The notes: a model not told the origin generated them from the sequence alone. DNA of 64,000 bases from Deinococcales bacterium (GCA_043778225.1 JAYWGM010000063.1:1-64000); one strand, 5' to 3'; positions 48,348 through 58,989 are shown, numbered from the stretch's first letter. Translations and numbers: made by a program.

Positions 48348-51149
48348 TTATGCCAAGGCTGAAAACGGCAGGATTTCCTCGAGTGAATCAATCTGGATTT
48401 GGTCAGTTGGACTGACCTCGAGTGTCTCGAGTAACTGCTCGAGCAATTGCCGTTCTCGAGGGGCGGGTTGGCGTTTTAGAACCAATTGTGCAATCTGCCA
48501 AGCCAGTCGGTGCTGCCCACCTTGGGCTTGGAGTTCGGCAAGGGCAACCAGTGTTAAATTGGTTTGCGGGGCGGCTTCTAAGTGCATTGCCACCCGCAAA
48601 CTTTGCTGCATTGCGGTTGTGGCTGCCTCGAGTTGCCCAAGGTCGCGCAGTGTTAAACCCATGCCACGCAAGGCAATCACTTCAACATAGCCATGTCCCA
48701 TACGTCGGCAACGCTCCAAGGTATCGGTAAAACCCGTCAGGGCTTGGGGCAAGCGTTGCTCGCGGCGGTCTAAATCAGCCAGTTGGCTACGAACCAAGGT
48801 TTCGCCAAATTGGTCGCCAATGTCCTTGGCTAAATCCAGACAAGCCACAAATAATTGTCTGGCAGCCAACAGTTGCCCAAGGTTTTTTTGGGCATCGCCA
48901 AGGTTGAGTTGAGCAATAAACATGGCTCGAGGCTGGGCGCTTGGTCGTCGTAGCTCGAGACTTTCGCGGTGGTACTGCACGGCTTTTTCGGCATGACCAC
49001 TGTTTAAGGACACCAACCCAAGCGAATTGAGAACTCGCGCTGTGGCGTTGGTATCGCCAAGTTGTCGAAAAATCTTGAGGGCTGCTTCAAATTGGATTGT
49101 GGCTTTTGTAAAATCACCAAGTCCTTCAAAAACATTGCCAAGCTGGTACTGACAGCCAGCAATGCCACTTAAATCATCTTGTTGGACATAGATTTGTTGA
49201 GCTTGTTGAAGTGTGTTCTGTACTTTTTGGTAGTAGCCCAGACGAAATTCTGCCCAAGCAGAGCGCATTAAGAGTTTGGCGTGTTCGTCTGGTACTTGTG
49301 CAGTAGCGGCAGCAGTAAAAAGCTGTTGGGCTTCGTAAAACAAGCCGCGTAAATCCAAATAGGTGGACAGCGCAGGACAAGCCATTGCCAGCCATTGGCT
49401 TTGTTGGGTTTGGCAAGCAAAATTCCAAGCCGCACGGATATTCTCGAGTTCAAGGGTAATCCGATTCAGTTGGGTCTTTGGGTCTGCCTCGAGTTTGTTT
49501 TCGAGGCTCGCCAGCCAGTTTAGAAAAAAATGGCTATGGAGCGCTTTGGTTTTTTCTGGCTGCTCAAGATTTTTTTCGGCAGCATGGCGAATCAGTTTAA
49601 GCATTGTGAAACGACCATCTTCGGCTTTTAACAGCGATGCTTTGACCAAAATAGCCAAGTCCTGAAGGCTGACTTCTGCCAATTGTCGAGCCGTTTCACG
49701 GTCAAAACCACCGACACAAACCGATAGAACACACAGTTTTTTTCTTAATAACGCTGGCAATCTGCGCCAAGAACCCTCAAAGACATTGCGCCAATCAAGT
49801 AAACCCGTATCCTGCTCGAGTTCGTCGGCTAGGGCTTTAAGCGGCAGTGTCCGAGTCCAAGTGGCTGCCAGTTCTAGTGCCAAAGGCATTCCATCGAGTG
49901 CCATGATAATTCTTTGTATCGCAATTGGGTCTGGTTTTAGGTTTGGATTTTGGCGCTGACTGCGTTCTAAAAAAAGCTGAATTGCCGAGTCTTGGCTTAA
50001 ACCTTGCAGTACATAAATTTGCTCGATATTCAGTCCAAGGGCTTGTCTTGAGGTGATTACCATTCGCAAACCTGTCTCGACTAAGGCATTGACCAAGCCA
50101 ATTTGCGGCAACAACTGCTCGTAGTTATCGAGCAACAACGTGGTGCTGGGCATTTTTTGGCATATTTGCAAGAGTTGTGTTTTGGCATCCTGATGACCTG
50201 CAAAACGTACCCCAAGGGCTTGAGCAATTTGGGTCAATAAACCAAGTTCATCAAAAACGTTTTCAAGTCGTACCAAAATAGCATCTGGACAAATGTGTTT
50301 GGCTAAACGGGTTTTACCAGTTCCGCCAAAGCCAGTCAGGGTCAGTAAACGGGTTTCGGGTTGCTGTAAAATGATGCCTAAGTCTGTAATTTCTTGTTCA
50401 CGACCAAAAAAACGTGGTTCTGGAGGTAACATTGTTGGCTGTTGGGGTACAACTTGATATTCGAGGGCTGCCAATAATTCGAGGGTGCGCGGGGCTGGAT
50501 TGACACCAACATCGCGCTGCAAGACGGTTGCAAAGGTTTGAAAGGCTGACATTCCTCGAACATAAAAGCGCCTTGGCTGACTGGCAGCCAATAACAATTG
50601 CAAGGTATCTTCGGCAAGTGGATCAATTGCTAAAACCCGCTCGAGTAAACCAATTGCCTGTGCCGACTCACCGCGCATTAAATCTTGGTCGGCGGTCTCG
50701 AGTGCCAATGCCCGCCAGCCATACAGCATATCTTGGCGTTCGGCTTCGAGCCACGCCATAAAATCTGGCGCATCGGGTAAATTCCAATCTAAACTTGGCG
50801 AAAACTCGAGAACGCTTAAATCTCGAGTTTTAATTTTGAAGCGCCACTCGAGCCAATCGCACGTTCCGATAAACTCGAGCGGCACCGCACTGCGCGAGTC
50901 TGGGGCTTGACGTGCCAAAGCTACGCCAAATGGCAATTGCCAGACCCGTTGCAACAGTTGGCGTAAATTGCGCCTCGCCTCAAAATCTGGCGAATCTGCC
51001 CAAAATAAACGGGTCAGTTCTTGGCGCTGGACTGGTCGCGCCTTGAGTGCCAAAAAAATCAGCAGCCCACTGCGTTTGTCTAAGGGTAGGGCATAGCGCT
51101 CCGACTCGAGCCACGCCGCCCCAGACCCCAGCAACTCGAGATGCACCAT
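48348..51149 (-). CDS. SARP/BTAD + NB-ARC (STAND) + TPR regulator
   Basis: RRNLRQLL, DPLAE, FFGREQE, GFGGTGKTRLA, LLLDNYE and GMPLALELAA motifs; TPR C-terminus. Confidence 0.88.
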   Translation of the reverse strand: MVHLELLGSGAAWLESERYALPLDKRSGLLIFLALKARPVQRQELTRLFWADSPDFEARRNLRQLLQRVWQLPFGVALARQAPDSRSAVPLEFIGTCDWLEWRFKIKTRDLSVLEFSPSLDWNLPDAPDFMAWLEAERQDMLYGWRALALETADQDLMRGESAQAIGLLERVLAIDPLAEDTLQLLLAASQPRRFYVRGMSAFQTFATVLQRDVGVNPAPRTLELLAALEYQVVPQQPTMLPPEPRFFGREQEITDLGIILQQPETRLLTLTGFGGTGKTRLAKHICPDAILVRLENVFDELGLLTQIAQALGVRFAGHQDAKTQLLQICQKMPSTTLLLDNYEQLLPQIGLVNALVETGLRMVITSRQALGLNIEQIYVLQGLSQDSAIQLFLERSQRQNPNLKPDPIAIQRIIMALDGMPLALELAATWTRTLPLKALADELEQDTGLLDWRNVFEGSWRRLPALLRKKLCVLSVCVGGFDRETARQLAEVSLQDLAILVKASLLKAEDGRFTMLKLIRHAAEKNLEQPEKTKALHSHFFLNWLASLENKLEADPKTQLNRITLELENIRAAWNFACQTQQSQWLAMACPALSTYLDLRGLFYEAQQLFTAAATAQVPDEHAKLLMRSAWAEFRLGYYQKVQNTLQQAQQIYVQQDDLSGIAGCQYQLGNVFEGLGDFTKATIQFEAALKIFRQLGDTNATARVLNSLGLVSLNSGHAEKAVQYHRESLELRRPSAQPRAMFIAQLNLGDAQKNLGQLLAARQLFVACLDLAKDIGDQFGETLVRSQLADLDRREQRLPQALTGFTDTLERCRRMGHGYVEVIALRGMGLTLRDLGQLEAATTAMQQSLRVAMHLEAAPQTNLTLVALAELQAQGGQHRLAWQIAQLVLKRQPAPRERQLLEQLLETLEVSPTDQIQIDSLEEILPFSALA

Positions 51150-51159
51150 GAGCAATAGT

Positions 51160-51221
51160 TTAGCCCAGTTTTAGCAGCCTGTGGACTAGCCCAGTTTGCC
51201 AGCCTGTGGACTAGCCCAGTT
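51160..51221. repeat. 25-26 bp tandem duplication of the MFS gene 3' end
   Basis: tagcccagtt at 51161, 51187 and 51212, with cagcctgtgga in between. Confidence 0.8.
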
Positions 51222-52386
51222 CGGCTCGAGGTGGCTCGGGCAGTTTTAAGGTAATAATCCAAGCTGGAATCAGCAACGCAATGGTTGCCAGCATTGCAAT
51301 TTGCGGTGTGGTGGCTTCGGCAAGTTCTGCCACCAGTTTATACAGCACCCCAGCCGTTCCCCAACTAAAGCCCATCATCAAGGCGCTGGTGGTGGCGGTT
51401 TTTCCGGGAGCAAATTCTTGGGCAGCCACGACTGCCACTGGAATCGTGGCATTGGCAAGCCCGCCAGTTGCAAAACACAGCAGGTAAAACGGCACAAGCC
51501 CAATGCTCGAGGGACTGACAAAAACAAGCAGCACGAATAATGGAATCAACAGCAACACACTCGAGCGCAGAACCGTTGTCCGCCCAATTTTATCCGAGAT
51601 TTGCCCACCGATAATCCCACCAATCGCGCTGGCTATGGAAAGCATAAACAGCGAACCCGCAATCACCCAGTCAGTTTCTTTATCTTTTAGCACAAATGGC
51701 AGCAAGCTGGCATAGGTCACGGTGCTGAGCGAACGCAGTACCCCCATTGCCCAAAGGCTACGAATCGGACCCTTAAAAAGTTCGACATAATCGCGCCATG
51801 CAACGGGTTTACTCGAGACTCGGCTGCTCGGCGTAACAATAAACGAAATAATGCCCATAACAAAGCCAAGCGGCATCAGATAAACAATGCCTTGTAATCC
51901 AAGGGCGGTGGCGGTTAAGGGTCCCAATGCTAAACCCGCCGTACCACCAGCGCTAAAAATACTGGCGTACAGACCACGTTTCTCGAGTTGCGAGTTTTGG
52001 GCAACATAGGCTGCCCCACTTGGATGAAAAACTGCGCTGCCGATGCCACCCAGCACAATCAGCATGGCGACTAAAAAAAACGACGGCGCAAACCCCATTA
52101 AGGTCATGCCGACAGCCGCCAGAATCGGACCCGCTGCCGCCAACCATTTGCGGTCTACACGGTCGCCAAGCGCTCCAAAAAGTGGCTGTGAAACACTGCC
52201 AACCACCGATAAAATCGCCACCAGTGTACCCGTATCGCCCAAGGTGACATTAAATTTTTCGGTCAGGGCGGGTTGCAAAGGGGTCAGCAAACTGGTGAAA
52301 TTATCGTTGATAAAATGGCTGGCGGTCACGACCGCAATGATGGTTGTTCCAGATGCCGCCGCTAATTTGCTACTCGAGGTTTGCAC
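51211..52386 (-). CDS. MFS transporter (Fsr-like)
   Basis: SHFIND, QPLFGALGDR and GSAVFHP motifs; about 12 TM helices. Confidence 0.88.
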   Translation of the reverse strand: MQTSSSKLAAASGTTIIAVVTASHFINDNFTSLLTPLQPALTEKFNVTLGDTGTLVAILSVVGSVSQPLFGALGDRVDRKWLAAAGPILAAVGMTLMGFAPSFFLVAMLIVLGGIGSAVFHPSGAAYVAQNSQLEKRGLYASIFSAGGTAGLALGPLTATALGLQGIVYLMPLGFVMGIISFIVTPSSRVSSKPVAWRDYVELFKGPIRSLWAMGVLRSLSTVTYASLLPFVLKDKETDWVIAGSLFMLSIASAIGGIIGGQISDKIGRTTVLRSSVLLLIPLFVLLVFVSPSSIGLVPFYLLCFATGGLANATIPVAVVAAQEFAPGKTATTSALMMGFSWGTAGVLYKLVAELAEATTPQIAMLATIALLIPAWIITLKLPEPPRAELG

Positions 52387-52435
52387 GCCCTTAGTCTAAC
52401 GCCCAAGGCTCGAGCCGTGCAGTAAGCCAAAATGC

Positions 52436-53545
52436 TCATTGTATCAAGTGCGCCACATCCACAGCCCGCAATTCTGGGGCTTTTTGCTCGGGCAACACAT
52501 CCATGGCGACCAAACCCGCACCGAGTTCTGTGCCAGCCAAGTATTTAAGTTTATCTTTGGTGCGGTATGGCGGGTAAAACTCGAGGTGCAAATGGGCTTC
52601 GGGGTGTGGTTGTCCATCGGTGGGTGCTTGGTGCATGACCATTAAATACGGGAAAATCGGGCGGTTAAGAAACATATGGTCAAATTTTAAGAGCAGCGTT
52701 TTTAAGACCAGCGCTAAGTCTTTGCGTTCTGCCTCCGATAACTCGAGCAAACTGGCTTTTGGAGCAATCGGCGCAATCCATGTTTCAAACGGGTACCTCG
52801 AGAAGGCTGGGATAAAGGCAACAACTGTATCGGTCTTGACCACAATTCGGGTATCTTCTTCGATTTCGGCAGCAATAATTCCCTCGAGTAAACCCTGACC
52901 TGTTTTGGCGTAATGTGCGGCTTGTAACTCGAGTTCGCGTTTTGGGACGGGTGGCACATGGTCATAAGCATAAATCTGTCCGTGCGGATGGTGCAGTGTC
53001 ACACCCATTTCGACCCCACGATTCTCGAAGGGCATGATGTATTTGATTTGTTCGAGTAAGCCTAACTCGCGGTAACGGTCAGTCCAAACCTCGAGTAAAA
53101 GCTCGATTTGTGCCAGTGGCAAGCGCCCAAGGCTCGAGTTTGCGTCGTTGTCAAAAACAACAACTTCGCACTTACCAACGCCAGCCGTGGTCGGCACAAG
53201 TCCAGCATCGAGGGCTGGTGGTGGGTCGTGTGCATCCACCTCGAGACTCGGGAAGCGGTTATCAAACACGGCAATTTCATAATCTCCCACGGGTAATTCT
53301 GTAGGGATTTTGGGGTTGGTCATACGAGCAAGTGGGTTGTAATCTGGCGGTGGTAAAAACGGACGGCTTTGGCGGTGGGCAGCAAAAGTAATCCATTCAC
53401 CACGCAGCGGATGCCAGCGCATATGCGGGTTGCCAACAATCGGGTCGTTGCCCGGACTTGGCGCAATAATCCCATCTGGAATGGGCGTACTCGAGTACAG
53501 ATGCAGGGCGCGACCATCTGGCTTGGTTAAGGTTTTCTTATGCAC
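52436..53545 (-). CDS. galT: Galactose-1-phosphate uridylyltransferase
   Basis: FENRG..MGVTLHHPHGQ and KLKYLAGTE motifs. Confidence 0.93.
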   Translation of the reverse strand: MHKKTLTKPDGRALHLYSSTPIPDGIIAPSPGNDPIVGNPHMRWHPLRGEWITFAAHRQSRPFLPPPDYNPLARMTNPKIPTELPVGDYEIAVFDNRFPSLEVDAHDPPPALDAGLVPTTAGVGKCEVVVFDNDANSSLGRLPLAQIELLLEVWTDRYRELGLLEQIKYIMPFENRGVEMGVTLHHPHGQIYAYDHVPPVPKRELELQAAHYAKTGQGLLEGIIAAEIEEDTRIVVKTDTVVAFIPAFSRYPFETWIAPIAPKASLLELSEAERKDLALVLKTLLLKFDHMFLNRPIFPYLMVMHQAPTDGQPHPEAHLHLEFYPPYRTKDKLKYLAGTELGAGLVAMDVLPEQKAPELRAVDVAHLIQ

Positions 53546-53573
53546 AGCCTATATTGTATCAGGTTGCTGGGAA

Positions 53574-55193
53574 TTACTGCTTTTGCTGCTTGTGTCGTGC
53601 CAGAAGTGCTGTGGTGCTGCTGTCTTGGTTTGGTGGCGCGGCGGCATTCTCGAGTAATTGCGGTGCGATTTTTTGCGCCAAGACCTTGCCAAGTTCTACG
53701 CCCCACTGGTCAAAGCTATTCACATCCCAAATAATTCCTTGGACAAAAACCTTGTGTTCGTATAAAGCAACCAACGCGCCAAGTGTAAATGGGGTCAGTT
53801 CTCGAGCCAAGATCGTGTTGCTTGGTTTATTGCCAGCAAAAACCTTGTGCGCCACCAGTTCAGGTTTTACGCCATCTGCACTGACTTCTGCTGCGGTTTT
53901 ACCAAACGCCAGTGCTTGAGTTTGGGCAAAGACATTGGCAAGTAAAATTTCGTGGTGGTTAGAAAGTGGATTAAGGCTGCTCGAGAAAGCAATAAAATCG
54001 GTTGGAATCAGTTTAGAACCCTGATGGATTAGCTGATAAAAAGCGTGTTGTCCATTTGTGCCGGGTTGCCCCCAAATAATCTGCCCAGTTTCATAATCGG
54101 TTCTTGAGCCAGAAAGGGTAGTGGTTTTGCCGTTGCTTTCCATATCGAGTTGCTGCAAATAAGCACTAAAATAGGTCAGGTAATGGTCGTAGGGGAGAAC
54201 AGCGTGGCTGGCAGCCCCAAAAAAATTGTTGTACCAAATACCCAGCATCCCTAAAATTACAGGCATATTCTGCTCGAGTGGTGCAGTTCTAAAATGTGTG
54301 TCCATGCTTCTAAAACCCTCGAGCATTGCCAGATAATGTTTTTGTCCAATCGCAATCATTAACGATAAGCCAACCGCCGAGGTTAGGCTGTAGCGTCCGC
54401 CAACCCAATCCCAAAAACCAAACATATTGGCGGGGTCAATGCCAAATTCTGCCACAGCGCTGGCATTGGTACTGACCGCCACAAAATGCCTCGAGACGGC
54501 TGAAGGGTCTTGCAGTGCCGCTAAAGTCCACGCTCGAGCAGAATGGGCATTGGTCATCGTTTCTTGGGTCGTAAAGGTTTTACTGCACACAATAAAAAGC
54601 GTTTCTTCGGGGTTTAAGTCCCTCGTATTCTCAACAAAATCAGTGCTGTCTACATTGGATACAAACCGAAAAACCAACTCACGGCTCGAGTAAAACCCAA
54701 GGGCTTTATACGCCATCACTGGACCTAAATCCGAGCCACCAATACCAATGTTGACAACGTTTTTAATCGGTTTACCGCTATGCCCAAGCCACTTTCCAGC
54801 ACGGATTGAATCAGCAAAATCCGCCATTTTATCCAGCACCGCATAGACCTCTGGAATCACATTTTTGCCGTCTACCAAAACTTTAGCGTCTCGAGTCGCC
54901 CGCAACGCCGTATGCAATACGGCTCGATGCTCGGTGGTGTTGATTTTTTCGCCGATAAACATCGCTTCGCGTTTTTCCTCGAGACCAGTTGCGCGGGCTA
55001 ACTCGAGCAACAAAGTTAGGGTGGTGTTGCTGACCCGATTTTTACTGTAGTCCAAATACAGCCCAGCCGCCTCGAGTGAAAAATCTGTGCCACGACTCGA
55101 GTCAGCCGCAAAAAGCTCTCGCAAATGAGTGTCTTTAATCTCTAAATAATGTTGCTCAAGGGCGTGCCAAGCCGGTAAATCATTCAGTGCCAT
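53574..55193 (-). CDS. pgi: Glucose-6-phosphate isomerase
   Basis: [21 protein letters not shown] and [10 protein letters not shown] motifs. Confidence 0.97.
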   Translation of the reverse strand: MALNDLPAWHALEQHYLEIKDTHLRELFAADSSRGTDFSLEAAGLYLDYSKNRVSNTTLTLLLELARATGLEEKREAMFIGEKINTTEHRAVLHTALRATRDAKVLVDGKNVIPEVYAVLDKMADFADSIRAGKWLGHSGKPIKNVVNIGIGGSDLGPVMAYKALGFYSSRELVFRFVSNVDSTDFVENTRDLNPEETLFIVCSKTFTTQETMTNAHSARAWTLAALQDPSAVSRHFVAVSTNASAVAEFGIDPANMFGFWDWVGGRYSLTSAVGLSLMIAIGQKHYLAMLEGFRSMDTHFRTAPLEQNMPVILGMLGIWYNNFFGAASHAVLPYDHYLTYFSAYLQQLDMESNGKTTTLSGSRTDYETGQIIWGQPGTNGQHAFYQLIHQGSKLIPTDFIAFSSSLNPLSNHHEILLANVFAQTQALAFGKTAAEVSADGVKPELVAHKVFAGNKPSNTILARELTPFTLGALVALYEHKVFVQGIIWDVNSFDQWGVELGKVLAQKIAPQLLENAAAPPNQDSSTTALLARHKQQKQ

Positions 55194-55207
55194 AAAAACC
55201 CCTTATG

Positions 55208-55326
55208 AAAAAAGGGTCAAACGGTGATGAAACAACCTTTTGACCCATCTTGACCCCACAGATGCACCTCACGGGTTGGGTCGCTTTGACCCTTTGACCC
55301 TTTGACCCTTTGACCTTTTAACCCTG
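55208..55326. repeat. 8-bp repeat array (tttgaccc)n with a complementary aaaagggtcaa arm
   Basis: Four tandem tttgacc(c) units near 55284-55315. Confidence 0.75.
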
Positions 55327-55330
55327 CCTT

Positions 55331-56500
55331 TTACCTCTGCTCGACGGCAATCCAATGGGCATCGCTCGGACCTGTATAATTGGCTAGAGGACGCAAAATA
55401 CTGTTTTTACGGGTAAATTCGATGATGCTGGCTGTCCAACCCGCCACTCGAGACAAGGCAAATATCGGGGTAAAAAACGATTTTGGTAGCCCAAGGTCGG
55501 AATAGACCACACCGCTATAAAAATCCACATTGGGGTAAATTCCCCTTGAGCCAAGTCGTGCCACGACAATTTCTTCAACTTTTTCGAGGGTGCTGTACGC
55601 CACGCTTTTGCCATGTTTGTTGGCGACCACTTCGGCGTATTCTTTTAAGACACGGCTGCGTGGGTCAAAGAATTTATAGACCGCGTGTCCGACCCCCATA
55701 ATTTTTTCTTTTTTCTCGAGCTTGGCGTTGATAAAACTTTCGGCGTTCTCGGGTGTGCCAATTAAAGCCAACATATCCATCACAGCTTCGTTTGCGCCGC
55801 CATGCAGAGGACCTTTGAGGCTGCCAATCGCACTGGTGATGCTCGAGTACATATCCGATAAGGTGCTGGCGGTGGCAATACCGGTAAAGGTACTGGCGTT
55901 CATGCCGTGGTCGGCGTGTAAAATCAGTGCAATATCAAATAACCGCGCTTGCTCGAGGCTAGGCTCGGTGGCATGGAGCATATACAAAAAGTTGGCGGCG
56001 TGGCTTAAATCTAGGCGTGGTGCGACTGGCTCGAGACCCCGTTGTAAGCGAAATAAAGCCGCAATAATCGTGGCGGTCTGGGCGGTCAGGCTCAGGGCTT
56101 TCTCGAGTTTGCCGCTCTCAGAAACATCATCGGCAGTTTGGTCAAACATCGCTAAGCTCGAGATGGCGGTTCGTAAGGCGTGCATTGGGTGCAAGTCTTT
56201 TGGGTAAAGGCGCATTTGCTCGGTCAAACCACTTGGAATTTGGCGGTGGGTTTTGAGGTGGGTATCAAATGCCTCGAGTTCGCTTTGCGTTGGTAGACGG
56301 GCATTAAACAATAAAAATGCAGTTTCTTCGTAAGTGCTGTTCTCGGCAAGTTCTTGAATTGGGATACCAACGTATTTAAGGATTCCTTTTTCGCCATCTA
56401 TAAATGAGAGTTTGGATTCGGTAAAAACCACGCCTTTTAATCCGTCCATAACGGCGGGCTTGGTACTAATCGAGACATCTTGAGGGGTGGGTTGGCTCAC
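55331..56500 (-). CDS. gltA: Citrate synthase
   Basis: HADHGMNAST, GPLHGGANE, GVGHAVYK and PNVDFYSG motifs. Confidence 0.95.
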   Translation of the reverse strand: MSQPTPQDVSISTKPAVMDGLKGVVFTESKLSFIDGEKGILKYVGIPIQELAENSTYEETAFLLFNARLPTQSELEAFDTHLKTHRQIPSGLTEQMRLYPKDLHPMHALRTAISSLAMFDQTADDVSESGKLEKALSLTAQTATIIAALFRLQRGLEPVAPRLDLSHAANFLYMLHATEPSLEQARLFDIALILHADHGMNASTFTGIATASTLSDMYSSITSAIGSLKGPLHGGANEAVMDMLALIGTPENAESFINAKLEKKEKIMGVGHAVYKFFDPRSRVLKEYAEVVANKHGKSVAYSTLEKVEEIVVARLGSRGIYPNVDFYSGVVYSDLGLPKSFFTPIFALSRVAGWTASIIEFTRKNSILRPLANYTGPSDAHWIAVEQR

Positions 56501-56573
56501 TTTTGCTCCTTTAAGTTGGTGACTGCTTGTGGGCTATTTTACACCTCGAGCCGTGGCAAATTGTGGGTGTACC

Positions 56574-56624
56574 TTTAGCAGTAAATTGAACGGCAGTTTT
56601 AGCAGTAAATTGAACCGCAGTTTA
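56574..56624. repeat. 24-bp tandem repeat (tttagcagtaaattgaacsgcagt x2)
   Basis: Direct repeat upstream of gltA. Confidence 0.75.
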
Positions 56625-56662
56625 TCGCGCAACACAAGACGCAAACGTTTGTTATGGGCAAT

Positions 56663-56692
56663 AAAAAAAGGCGAATCCATAATGGATTCGCC
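56663..56692 (-). terminator. Intrinsic terminator of csp
   Basis: ggcgaatccat/atggattcgcc stem followed by T7 on the minus strand. Confidence 0.85.
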
Positions 56693-56710
56693 CGAAAGAA
56701 GTCTGGTCTA

Positions 56711-56917
56711 TTAAGCGCGGGTAACGTTGGCGGCTTGTGGACCTTTGCCGTTCTTGCCACTCTCGATTTCTAGCTTGACGTTTGTGCCTTCCTCGAGATT
56801 ACGGTAGCCATCGCCTTGAATCGCGCTGAAATGCACGAACACGTCGGGTTGTCCTTGGACACTAATGAAACCATAGCCTTTTTCCGCGCTGAACCATTTA
56901 ACTACACCATCAATCAT
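56711..56917 (-). CDS. Cold-shock protein
   Basis: VKWF, KGYGFI and DVFVHFSAI motifs; AGGAG RBS. Confidence 0.96.
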   Translation of the reverse strand: MIDGVVKWFSAEKGYGFISVQGQPDVFVHFSAIQGDGYRNLEEGTNVKLEIESGKNGKGPQAANVTRA

Positions 56918-57125
56918 GAAACTCCTTGCCGCAAACTCTTGCGGATATAACATAAGTGAGGACAACATCTGCTCGAGAATTGACCAAAGCATTTCACTTA
57001 GTCGCTCGCCTCAGAACTCACCTACCCGTACAGTCTAGCTGATTTTTATGAAAAAGGGAAGTGGTTTTGACTACATCAAGACAAAGGGCAAATCCAAGGC
57101 TCGCTCACCAAGAGGTCTGGTCTAT

Positions 57126-57200
57126 TTAAGTGCGGTTGATGTTCGCGGCTTGTGAACCTTTATCGTTTTTACCGCTCTCAATCTCGAATTTGACTCGAGT
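57126..57200 (-). pseudogene. Remnant of a second cold-shock gene (C-terminal part only)
   Basis: Translates as TRVKFEIESGKNDKGSQAANINRT*, versus [24 protein letters not shown] in the intact csp; in-frame TGA directly upstream. Confidence 0.8.
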
Positions 57201-57322
57201 TCACCCCCGCATTTCACGGGGTGTCTTGAGTAAAAACCTAAATAAGCGAGAAAAATCTGAGCGCGAAATCCTAAACTTCGCCAAAGGTTTAGGTAAGCGA
57301 TTTTCAGGATATAATCTTGTTT

Positions 57323-58501
57323 ATGGGATTAGCCCAAAATTTTGATTTTATCTTTGCTGGAGCGGGTGCAAGCGGCTTGGCGTTGGCGTATCTTTTGCCG
57401 CCAGAAGTTTCGGTGCTGCTTGTGGATCAAAGCCCAAAAACCACAAATGACCGAACTTGGTGCTTTTGGGAAGCTCAAACCAATCCTTTTGAAGAAATTG
57501 TGCTTCACCGTTGGGATAATATCTTTTTTCATGCCAGCGATTTCTCGAGCCGCTTGGCGATTTCGCCCTACCAGTACAAAATGATTCGCGGTATTGATTT
57601 TTATAACCTGACGATGCAAAATTTAAGTCAGCGCCCGAATGTCCGTTTTTTGTATGGGACAATAGAAAAGCTCGAGTCCGACCAAACCGAGGCTCGAGTG
57701 ACGATCGGTGGTCAGACCTACCGCGCTCCATGGGCATTTAACAGCGCTTTTCGATCAAGTGTGCCAAGTGGGTATCAAAGCCTGTTGCAGCACTTTAAGG
57801 GCTACATCATAAAAACATCCGAGGATGCCTTTGACCCCAAAGCTGCCACATTTATGGATTTTCGGATAGACCAGATGGGCGAAACGCGCTTTGTCTATGT
57901 CTTGCCGTTTGACCGACGAACCGCTTTGGTCGAGTACACGCTGTTCTCGAGTGCCTTGTTGCCAGCCTCAGCCTACGATATTGCTCTCGAGCAGTACATC
58001 AAAACCTACATCACAGCTTTACCCTACCAAATTCTCGAGACCGAGGCTGGCGTTATCCCAATGACCGATGCCCCTTTTCCACGGCTGCACAGCCCTCGAG
58101 TGATGAACATTGGCATTGCTGGAGGTCGAGCCAAAGCCAGCACGGGTTATGCCTTTAGGCGGATTGTGCGTCAGGCCCAAGCCATTGCCAAGCACCTCGA
58201 GCAAACCCAATCGCCACTGTTTTTGGAAAGCCGCTTTGACCGCCATGCTTGGATGGACAGCGTATACCTGCGGGTACTCGAGCAAAAACGCATTGGTGGG
58301 GCAGAATTTTTTAGTGGCTTATTTCAGCGCAACCCAGCCAATCAGGTACTCAAGTTTTTAGATGAAAGCACAGGTTTACTCGAGGATTTACGCTTAATGA
58401 GTTCGGTCAACATCCCCGTTTTTACGCGCAGCGCCTTCGAGATTTCGGCTCAGACGGCACGGCGTTCGCTGATGCGAATTGCGCCTAACACGACCCGATA
58501 A
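57323..58501 (+). CDS. Lycopene cyclase family protein
   Basis: GAGASG, NDRTWCFW, FMDFR, FVYVLPF, E.GVIPM and KASTGY motifs. Confidence 0.88.
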   Translation: MGLAQNFDFIFAGAGASGLALAYLLPPEVSVLLVDQSPKTTNDRTWCFWEAQTNPFEEIVLHRWDNIFFHASDFSSRLAISPYQYKMIRGIDFYNLTMQNLSQRPNVRFLYGTIEKLESDQTEARVTIGGQTYRAPWAFNSAFRSSVPSGYQSLLQHFKGYIIKTSEDAFDPKAATFMDFRIDQMGETRFVYVLPFDRRTALVEYTLFSSALLPASAYDIALEQYIKTYITALPYQILETEAGVIPMTDAPFPRLHSPRVMNIGIAGGRAKASTGYAFRRIVRQAQAIAKHLEQTQSPLFLESRFDRHAWMDSVYLRVLEQKRIGGAEFFSGLFQRNPANQVLKFLDESTGLLEDLRLMSSVNIPVFTRSAFEISAQTARRSLMRIAPNTTR

Positions 58502-58989
58502 ATTGACCAGACCCAAACCGCAAAAATAAGACCAAAGCCAACCAAAATAAAGGTCAGTAAACCGCCAAGAATGTACAACCAAAATGACCACCAAAAGGTT
58601 TCGACAATCCATTTGGCGTGCGACTCGAGGTATGTGCCACGCACCTCATCACGTTTGACATACGCCATAATGAGGCTGACAATACCACTGATTCCACCTG
58701 TCAAAAGCGCTACTCCAAGCAGGATATGGGCAATTAAAAAATAAGTGTAATCGCTTTCCTTGACTCCTGAATTTGGGTTTGCAACCACCACTGGCGCAAA
58801 ACGCGGTGGGGCTGGGGCTGCTTGAGCAGGGGCTAAAACCGTGGCAATCGGCTGCCAATCGCTCATGCCTTCTGTCCAGACTAAGGCATCTATCGGCACT
58901 TCGCCGTTGCGTCGAAAGTTCTCGAGTTGCGAGACCGAATATGGACCACGCTGGGCGTTATCGGCATACACCATGTAAAATCGTTCCAC
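58450..58989 (-). CDS. GYF_2 (DUF4339) + DUF4870-like membrane protein
   Basis: QRGPYS, LVWTEGMSDW, AYVKR...LESH..W..TFW motifs; GTG start 6 nt after TATACT. Confidence 0.75.
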   Translation of the reverse strand: MERFYMVYADNAQRGPYSVSQLENFRRNGEVPIDALVWTEGMSDWQPIATVLAPAQAAPAPPRFAPVVVANPNSGVKESDYTYFLIAHILLGVALLTGGISGIVSLIMAYVKRDEVRGTYLESHAKWIVETFWWSFWLYILGGLLTFILVGFGLIFAVWVWSIYRVVLGAIRISERRAV

